From Candidatus Hodarchaeota archaeon (GTDB lineage: Archaea > Asgardarchaeota > Lokiarchaeia > Sigyniarchaeales > SOKP01): a DNA stretch of 64,000 bases. Positions 58,014-64,000 of this stretch are shown here, piece by piece. A program made the position numbers and the translations under genes. Numbering within the stretch: the first letter of the stretch is position 1; the number at the start of each line of letters is the position of its first letter. Location of the stretch: assembly GCA_048887165.1 (NCBI GenBank), contig JBHLJZ010000002.1, forward strand, positions 6,146 to 70,145, written 5' to 3'. The notes beneath the pieces were generated by a model that did no database searches, was not told where the DNA came from, and saw only the letters and a list, made by a program, of their open reading frames with translations.

Positions 58014-58775
58014 CTAAAAACCATCAAATTTAGCCCATTCATCATCATCTTCATAATCCTCTTCGTCGTCAACGTATTCTTCAACCTTTTCCTCTTTTTT
58101 CTGCTCTGGTGATTCTTCTTCTAATTCTTCATCTTCATCATCAAAACTTATTGCTTTTTCTAAGTCTGTTATTATATCTTGAGCAGTAACTTTTACTTCT
58201 GGAATTTCTATCATTTCAGGTTTTTTCTTCTCGACTAATTTTAAATAATCTCCGTGTATCTTTATTGTTATAGGAGTTTCTTCCTGTAATAATCTTACTA
58301 CTACTTCCTCACTACTTGACGTATCATGTGGCATTCTCATAACTAACGCTCTTGCCCCTTCGAATACTCCACTAATAATTTCAACTGTATCTCCTTCTTC
58401 TAGATATTCAGTAACGCTTCTTGGAAGTAATACATGTTTTAATTCAGTTAATTTGATATTTTGAACAATTCTTCCTTTAATATGTGGTATTCCTTGGACT
58501 GCGATCTGTACATCCCTCTTCTGTGGTGCTTCGAAAAAGATATAGCCTGGGAGCAAAGGAGAGACAAGCATGGCTCTTATGTCAGGAATAACATCTAAAA
58601 TCTTAAATCTGTAAAAAATTTGTCTTAAAATGTTGCTCTCTTGATTAATTGTCGTCCTTACAGCAAATAAGGTTGTTAAATCTTCTTTTTCTTCAAAATC
58701 TTCTACAGATATATCATTATCTATTTTAATCTCTTTCCCTTGTTCATCTTTTACTTCTTCCTCTTGATCAACCAT
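58014..58775 (-). CDS. spt5: Transcription elongation factor Spt5 (NGN + KOW) with acidic N- and C-terminal extensions
   Basis: NGN domain (LFAVRTTINQE...LPGYIFFEA...IPHIKG) and KOW (GDTVEIISGVFEGARALVMRM) align with archaeal Spt5. A ~34-aa acidic N-tail and a ~60-aa D/E-rich C-tail ending DDDEWAKFDGF are extra. Confidence 0.8.
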   Translation of the reverse strand: MVDQEEEVKDEQGKEIKIDNDISVEDFEEKEDLTTLFAVRTTINQESNILRQIFYRFKILDVIPDIRAMLVSPLLPGYIFFEAPQKRDVQIAVQGIPHIKGRIVQNIKLTELKHVLLPRSVTEYLEEGDTVEIISGVFEGARALVMRMPHDTSSSEEVVVRLLQEETPITIKIHGDYLKLVEKKKPEMIEIPEVKVTAQDIITDLEKAISFDDEDEELEEESPEQKKEEKVEEYVDDEEDYEDDDEWAKFDGF

Positions 58776-58958
58776 TTCTTCTTCACTTTTTCCTTATTTG
58801 AATTATCATAATTTTAGATAATTAATACAATTTCGTGAAAAAAAAGTCTAAGATCCTAAAGAATTAATAAATTTTAAAATTTTGCTTTTTAGGTATATTA
58901 AGAGTCAAATGATATGATGTTATCAACTTTTTAAATTATACAGAAAATTAAAAGATCT

Positions 58959-59363
58959 TTAAAGAGGGATGTTATTTATATCCAATATTTTAGGTACTCT
59001 ATTTTTTCGTTCAAGCCAAGAAATTTCAGCACGTGTATACCGCCAAGTAATTTCACATTTACCCGCTTGATCTGGTGTTTCAGTTTCAAATTCCCAAGGA
59101 TTGACAACCACCAAGTCTCCCTTCCTAATCCATACTCGTTTCTTGATTTTTCCGCGTATTCTGCCTATCCTATGTTTACCATCCTCACAAAAAACACCCA
59201 TGCGGTCATTACCATAAATATCAACAACTCTTGCAAACAACTCTCCTATTTTTCTATTTGGAAATTTTACACGACCACCAACAATCTCACTTTGATCTTG
59301 AGTCCCACGACCCTTTCCTTTTTTTCCTCCCTTAGTTTTCTTTTTAGCCATAATTAAAATCAT
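58959..59363 (-). CDS. aif1A: Translation initiation factor aIF-1A
   Basis: S1-like OB core (GELFARVVDIYGNDRMGVFCEDGKHRIGRIRGKIKKRVWIRKGDLVVVNPWEF, ITWRYT). The start is probably the ATG at 59351 (MAKKKTKGGKKGKGRG). Confidence 0.85.
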   Translation of the reverse strand: MILIMAKKKTKGGKKGKGRGTQDQSEIVGGRVKFPNRKIGELFARVVDIYGNDRMGVFCEDGKHRIGRIRGKIKKRVWIRKGDLVVVNPWEFETETPDQAGKCEITWRYTRAEISWLERKNRVPKILDINNIPL

Positions 59364-59394
59364 TCACTTTTTTAATTTAATTATAAGGTTTCAA

Positions 59395-59733
59395 TTATTC
59401 ATATTTATCTTCAGGTTTATATTCACCTTTAATAAATACAACTTTAATTAATTTATTAGAATCATTCCGAATATTATGTAATTCCTTCGGCTCACACAAA
59501 AAGACACTTCCTTGAGGAGCTTCAATATCTTTACCATCTACTATCATTATACCATCTCCTTCAACAAAATAGAATGTTTCATCTATTTCATTGTGCCCAT
59601 GTGCTTTATTTCCCATTAATTCGCCAGGTTTAAGTACAATTACTCCCCAATCAATAGAAGGACCTCTCATAAGATATTTTACACCAGAATCTCCTCCTCT
59701 ATACTCAAAATCATTCTCATTAACTTTTTTAAT
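59395..59733 (-). CDS. Cupin domain protein, probably initiated at ATT
   Basis: Cupin motifs (GNKAHGHNEIDETFYFVEGDG, GSVFLCEPKELHNIRN). The track starts at ATG 59670, but the in-frame upstream sequence (I)KKVNENDFEYRGGDSGVKYL looks like the normal cupin N-terminal strands. It begins at ATT 59733, 6 nt after a GGTGA SD. There is no ATG/GTG/TTG upstream of 59670 in frame. Confidence 0.65.
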   Translation of the reverse strand: MKKVNENDFEYRGGDSGVKYLMRGPSIDWGVIVLKPGELMGNKAHGHNEIDETFYFVEGDGIMIVDGKDIEAPQGSVFLCEPKELHNIRNDSNKLIKVVFIKGEYKPEDKYE

Positions 59734-59880
59734 GCTAATTCACCAAATTAACCTATTTTGATATAAAAGAAATTATCCAAATTAAGTTTTAAATCTTATT
59801 ATAAACTAAAAATTTATTTTTAAATCAAAGTTTTAAAAATTATTATAAAAGATTATGATTAAGGAATTTATAAGGATTAT

Positions 59881-61080
59881 TTGGTAATTAAAATGGAAGT
59901 TTCTTTTAATTTTGCACAAATTCCAAGTATTATTTTTGGAAATGGTAAATTAACTGAATTGTATAGAATTATTAGAGATTTTGGCGAAAAAGTATTAATT
60001 GTCACAGGAATAAGTTCTTTAAAATCTTCAGGTAAATGGGAAGAAATTATCACTCAATTAGAAAATAATTCAATTAAATTTACACAAGTTTCTATTGGAG
60101 GGGAGCCTTCTCCAATTATGATTGATACAATTATTGATGATGTTAGGGGGCAAAATTTCGATATAGTGGTTGGTATTGGGGGAGGGAGCGTTATTGATGC
60201 TGGAAAAGCGATTTCTGCAATGATCCCTAAAAAAGATTCAGTTAAAAATTATCTTGAAGGAGTCGGGAATAAGATTCATGATGGCGTGAAGATCCCTTAT
60301 ATAGCGATACCCACTACTTCTGGAACAGGGAGCGAAGCAACAAAAAATGCAGTTATTAGTGAAATTGGAGAAGATGGGTTTAAAAAATCCTTACGTCATG
60401 ATAATTTTGTTCCAAATTATGCAATTATCGATCCTCAATTAATTTTAAAGTGTCCTCCCTCGATAAGTGCAGCTTGTGGAATGGATGCTTTCACTCAGTT
60501 ACTTGAAGCATATGTTTCTTCGAATAGTAATCCTATGACTGATGCCTTAGCTTATAGTGGCATGAAATATATGAAAGATAATATAATTCCTGTATGTTCA
60601 ACAAAGGCAAACGATATTACTGTTAGGGCGGCGATGGCTTATGGATCATTTATGTCTGGTATAACTCTTGCGAATGCGGGTTTAGGGATTGTGCACGGGT
60701 TAGCTTCTGCGATTGGTGGATATTTTAAAATACCACATGGAATTGTATGCGGTACACTTTTAGCAGAAGCAACAAAAATGAACATAAAGAAATTGACAAA
60801 TCTAGGATTAAACGGTAAAAAAAAATTACTTAAACACGCTGAGATTGGAGCATTACTAATGGATCAATTCATAATTAAAGAGAAAAATGTAGCGGAATAT
60901 TGTTCCTATTTAGTAGGTAAATTAGAAACTTGGACAAAAACGTTAAAGCTCGAACCCCTTGGTAAATATGGAGTAAAAGTAAATGATATTGATAAAATTT
61001 TAGATAAAACGGGATTAAAAAACAATCCTGTTAAACTGAATAGAGAAGATATCAAAAAAATTTTATTAAATCGAATTTAG
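59881..61080 (+). CDS. Iron-containing (group III) alcohol dehydrogenase
   Basis: GIGGGSVIDAGKA, TTSGTGSE and a His-rich metal site (HGLASAIGG..HG). The ATG at 59893 is an alternative start to the listed TTG. Confidence 0.85.
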   Translation: MVIKMEVSFNFAQIPSIIFGNGKLTELYRIIRDFGEKVLIVTGISSLKSSGKWEEIITQLENNSIKFTQVSIGGEPSPIMIDTIIDDVRGQNFDIVVGIGGGSVIDAGKAISAMIPKKDSVKNYLEGVGNKIHDGVKIPYIAIPTTSGTGSEATKNAVISEIGEDGFKKSLRHDNFVPNYAIIDPQLILKCPPSISAACGMDAFTQLLEAYVSSNSNPMTDALAYSGMKYMKDNIIPVCSTKANDITVRAAMAYGSFMSGITLANAGLGIVHGLASAIGGYFKIPHGIVCGTLLAEATKMNIKKLTNLGLNGKKKLLKHAEIGALLMDQFIIKEKNVAEYCSYLVGKLETWTKTLKLEPLGKYGVKVNDIDKILDKTGLKNNPVKLNREDIKKILLNRI

Positions 61081-61610
61081 TATCCCTTTTTCTTTACCTT
61101 ATCTAAAATTTGTTTTGCTAATAGTTCAAATGCCATATTTACATTCTCTCCTGTTTTACTTGATACTCTAAGATAATCGAATAAATTATATTTTTCTTTA
61201 AATTCTGATATATAATTATCCTCTAAATTTACCATTTCCGTTAAATCTGCTTTAGAGCCAACCAATAAAATTGGTAAATCCGGTTGTTCTGATCTACAAA
61301 TATCAACCCATTCATCAATAGTTTCTAAAGTTATCGGTCTTGTGAGATCAAACATAAGAAGTGCACCTTTTGCGCCTTTTGCGTAATTTTTAAGAAGAAA
61401 TCTAAATCTTTCTTGACCTCCAAAATCCCATATTTGGAGGAGAATTCTTTCGGTATTAAACGTGAACTCTTTGAGGAAAAACTCCACACCTATCGTCATA
61501 CGCGTATCTATCAAAAATTTTCCTTCTATATATCTGTGGAGCAAGGTAGTTTTTCCTACACCTCCTTCTCCCGTAATAATTGTTTTTAGAACCTTAGGTC
61601 TTGACTCCAT
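61077..61610 (-). CDS. Rab/Ras-like small GTPase (paralog 2)
   Basis: G1 GEGGVGKT, switch I TIGVEF, G3 WDFGGQERFRFL, G4 GSKADL, G5 SSKTG. No C-terminal Cys. The stop overlaps the convergent ADH stop by 4 nt. Confidence 0.85.
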   Translation of the reverse strand: MESRPKVLKTIITGEGGVGKTTLLHRYIEGKFLIDTRMTIGVEFFLKEFTFNTERILLQIWDFGGQERFRFLLKNYAKGAKGALLMFDLTRPITLETIDEWVDICRSEQPDLPILLVGSKADLTEMVNLEDNYISEFKEKYNLFDYLRVSSKTGENVNMAFELLAKQILDKVKKKGY

Positions 61611-61697
61611 TTTCCTTCAAATTAATTATTAATGCAAGATATTATTCAAATTATAATAAAATTATGATTTTATTAAAATAATAAATTTTTTTTAATC

Positions 61698-62129
61698 TCA
61701 CTCAAAACATAATAATTTTTTTTGTCTCATGAAAATTACATTTATTCCTGAATTTTTTGCTTTCTTACGCAATTCAGAATCATTAGTTGCTATAAAAATA
61801 TGTTTACTTTTTAGCTTTAAATCAATGCATTTTCTTAATAAAAAGTCATCAGTAGTCTCAAAATCTTTCTTTATCGAATTATTAAAATTAATATTAAATT
61901 TATCTTTAAAATTGTCTAAATATAACAAACCCCCTTTTAAATCTTTTCTAAACTTTGTCTTTTTTGCATCTCTCTTCCTTTTAGCTTCTAACTCATCTAA
62001 GATTTGTTTGTAAATAAGAAATTCTGTTTTCCCTTCTAAATTTTGAGTTATCTCATCTAAGTAATCAATTTTGAATTGAAAGGGAAGCAGTAAGAAATTT
62101 GAATCTATAACAACATAATTTGTATGCAT
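61698..62129 (-). CDS. PIN-domain nuclease, Fcf1/Utp24-like
   Basis: Has VIDSNFLLLPFQFKIDYL (first acidic residue), ILDELE, and TDDFLL...IFIATNDSELRKKAKNSGINVIFMR. This matches the Fcf1 pattern ADDCL...[22 protein letters not shown]. Confidence 0.7.
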   Translation of the reverse strand: MHTNYVVIDSNFLLLPFQFKIDYLDEITQNLEGKTEFLIYKQILDELEAKRKRDAKKTKFRKDLKGGLLYLDNFKDKFNINFNNSIKKDFETTDDFLLRKCIDLKLKSKHIFIATNDSELRKKAKNSGINVIFMRQKKLLCFE

Positions 62130-62153
62130 TATTAAAACATTAGATATAATCTT

Positions 62154-62675
62154 TCAAAAAGTTTGGCGCTCTAATATTTTTTTAGTTATCATGTTAAATG
62201 CATTTTGAACATTTTCTCCAGATTTGCTTGAAACCCTCAAATAATCAAATAAATTAAATTGATCTTTAAAGGATAAAGCAAAATTATCGTCGACCGTTAT
62301 CTCATCAACAAGGTCTTTTTTTGTGCCTAAGAAAAGTATAGGAAGGTTTGGATCATTTTTTCTGCAAATATTTATCCATTGCTCTAAATTTTCTAATGTC
62401 ATAGGTCTAGTTAAATCAAACATTAGTAAAGCTCCTTTTGCACCAAGAACATAACTTTCTAATAAAAATCTAAATCGTTCTTGTCCTCCAAAATCCCATA
62501 ACTGTAAGGTGCAATGGTGATCGTTAACATCTAATTCTTTTAGGAAGAATTCAACGCCGATAGTCATTTTCGTTTCAGCACTGAATCTACCTTCTACGAA
62601 TCGATGAAGTAGCGTTGTTTTACCGACTCCCCCCTCACCAGCAGTTAAAATTTTCAATATAAATTTTTTAGGCAC
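62154..62675 (-). CDS. Rab/Ras-like small GTPase (paralog 1)
   Basis: G1 GEGGVGKT, TIGVEF, LQLWDFGGQERFRFL, G4 GTKKDL, G5 SSKSG. No prenylation Cys. GTG start. Confidence 0.85.
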   Translation of the reverse strand: MPKKFILKILTAGEGGVGKTTLLHRFVEGRFSAETKMTIGVEFFLKELDVNDHHCTLQLWDFGGQERFRFLLESYVLGAKGALLMFDLTRPMTLENLEQWINICRKNDPNLPILFLGTKKDLVDEITVDDNFALSFKDQFNLFDYLRVSSKSGENVQNAFNMITKKILERQTF

Positions 62676-62979
62676 TTTTACTCTATGCTCTCTCGTTTAA
62701 ACGATTTAATGTTTAAAATATAATTTATTTAATTGTTAAATACTTCATAAAAATTTTTATTTTTTAATTCTTTGATTTGCGTAAATTTAAATTTGAATTT
62801 TTTCTTAAGCACTTTTTTAGAAAAGTAATTTTAATCAATAATAGTTTGAAGATATTTAAGTGAAATTGTTTTACAACAAGATTGTTATATCCCCAATAAA
62901 TAATTAATTAATTTTAATCAATTTTATTATAAATAAGAAATTTTGAAATAAAATAGCAAAATAAAAAAAGGTTAATAAT

Positions 62980-63258
62980 ATGAAAAAGAAACTCCCAACG
63001 GATGAAGATTTAAAAAAATTGAATATAGAATCATGGGGAACATGGCAGAAGGAGAAAAGCGTTTTTGATTGGTATTATAACGATACAGAGACTTGTTACA
63101 TTTTAGATGGAGAAGTAGAAGTAACAGATTCAGAAACTGGGGAAAAACTCGAATTTAAAAAAGGAGATTTAGTTCAATTTCCTAAGGGCTTAAAATGTGT
63201 TTGGAATGTTAAGAAATCTGTAAGAAAATACTATATGTTTGGAGATCTCGATATTTAA
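62980..63258 (+). CDS. Small cupin (cupin_3 / DUF861-like)
   Basis: WGTWQKE...CYILDGEVEVT...GDLVQFPKGLKCVWNV pattern. AAGGTTAATAAT SD is upstream. Confidence 0.65.
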   Translation: MKKKLPTDEDLKKLNIESWGTWQKEKSVFDWYYNDTETCYILDGEVEVTDSETGEKLEFKKGDLVQFPKGLKCVWNVKKSVRKYYMFGDLDI

Positions 63259-63450
63259 AAAACACACACAATCAAAAAGCTTTTTAATATCCTTTTTTAT
63301 TCCAATTTCCCTATTTTTTTTTGAGATTTTAAATCCCCCAACCCTAAACTATAATTTTTAATTATTTTTTACAAACAATTAAATAATGACTTAACTAAAT
63401 AATTATGAATCAAAATTAAAGGTATTATTATTGATTTTTTAATCTTTCTC

Positions 63451-64000
63451 ATGGCGAATATTGTAGATAACTTACTTAATGCCAAAGATGCAATTAGGAA
63501 CTTATTTAACAGCATCCCCAATCCCTCCTATATTTTTAAACGGATTAATAATGATTTCGAATTAATAGATTTCAACAAAGCCGCAGAAAAAGCGACTAAT
63601 GGAAACATTATAAGTATGCTTAATAAAAAAGCTTCAGAATTAATTGATGGAAAGCCAGAATTAATCGAATTTCTTAATAAAACTTTAAGAGAAGAACCTA
63701 TTGAATCAAAAGAAATTAGCTATAGAATGAAATCAACAGGTGAAGTTTTAATCTTATCTATTTGGAGCCATTTTGTTAAACCAGATTTACTTATTATTCA
63801 TACAGAGGATATCACTAACCAGAAATTAGCAGAAGAAAATTTAAAGAAATCAGAACAAAAATATAGGCACTTGTTTGAACAATCTCCATATTCTATAGGA
63901 TTATTAAAAATAGATGGAACGATTTTAGACCTCAATTATACTACTGAGAAATTATTCGGTTATAAAAAAGAAGAAATTATTGGGAAGAATTACTTAGACT
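63451..64000 (+). CDS. PAS-domain sensor protein (3' end outside window)
   Basis: Not in the ORF track because there is no stop in the window. I translated 183 codons without a stop from the ATG at 63451. A coiled linker (LAEENLKKSEQKYRHLFEQSPYSIGLL) leads into a classic PAS start (DGTILDLNYTTEKLFGYKKEEIIGKNYLD). Confidence 0.7.
   Translation, partial: MANIVDNLLNAKDAIRNLFNSIPNPSYIFKRINNDFELIDFNKAAEKATNGNIISMLNKKASELIDGKPELIEFLNKTLREEPIESKEISYRMKSTGEVLILSIWSHFVKPDLLIIHTEDITNQKLAEENLKKSEQKYRHLFEQSPYSIGLLKIDGTILDLNYTTEKLFGYKKEEIIGKNYLD

Noticed and set aside
699-63258. All other short track ORFs that overlap well-supported genes, mostly antisense. Examples: 699-920, 1329-1643, 3263-3484, 4052-4240, 4339-4578, 9093-9341, 17089-17271, 18631-18816, 19657-19875, 20959-21225, 23284-23505, 23662-23868, 26046-26363, 27850-28050, 28717-28953, 29683-29877, 32102-32368, 36081-36726, 39212-39427, 40479-40676, 45655-45855, 47180-47464, 48122-48355, 50805-51008, 51672-51869, 52536-52802, 57277-57459, 59067-59357, 61729-62013.
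   Set aside because: Each lies within or across a longer ORF with clear family motifs. Their translations are low-complexity and none has a convincing SD.
1-64000. Search for CRISPR arrays, IS elements or transposases, integrases, prophage genes, inteins, rRNA genes and in-frame Sec/Pyl recoding.
   Set aside because: I found no regularly spaced direct repeats, no transposase or integrase-like ORFs and no split or interrupted conserved genes. The only structured RNA gene I could fold is tRNA-Pro.

Overview
This window is very AT-rich and densely coding. It contains about 65 protein genes, one tRNA, no rRNA, no CRISPR array and no recognisable transposase or integrase. The gene content is archaeal and looks Asgard (Loki-type), which is an inference from content only. 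Supporting genes are two Rab-like small GTPases, a tandem longin/roadblock-like protein, Cdc48 with a C-terminal HbYX motif, aIF1A with a eukaryote-like basic N-tail, and Spt5 with acidic tails. Wood-Ljungdahl-type anaerobic metabolism points the same way.

Main blocks:
- 1-4582: hdrA::mvhD-hdrC-hdrB-metV-metF, an Hdr-coupled methylene-THF reductase module.
- 17.4-19.1 kb: LysR with a DsrE/TusA sulfur-relay pair.
- 20.9-22.1 kb: a stand-alone CODH/ACS delta subunit (cdhD).
- 23.0-27.3 kb: lysine/DAP genes dapF-lysA and dapA-dapB.
- 29181-29254: tRNA-Pro(UGG).
- 34.3-38.7 kb: a proteostasis cluster (Hsp20, Cdc48, wHTH regulator, HExxH protein).
- 39.9-41.9 kb: an orphan gamma-class N6-adenine DNA methyltransferase.
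- 42.0-45.3 kb: a second, diverged metV-metF pair followed by an Lpd-like flavoprotein.
- 48.9-50.8 kb: tungsten-type aldehyde:ferredoxin oxidoreductase.
- 54.1-56.9 kb: two convergent acyl-CoA dehydrogenase paralogs that share perfect nucleotide tracts.
- 57-63 kb: an informational and eukaryote-signature cluster (longin-like protein, Spt5, aIF1A, GTPase-PIN-GTPase).

The most unusual sequence-level observation concerns start codons. At least three conserved genes (a TIGR04076-like ORF missing from the ORF track, the AOR, and a cupin) only make sense if translation starts at ATA or ATT. In each case the codon sits 4-7 nt downstream of a strong GGTGA-type Shine-Dalgarno motif.

All functional calls come from motif and family recognition by eye. 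No database search or computation was possible.
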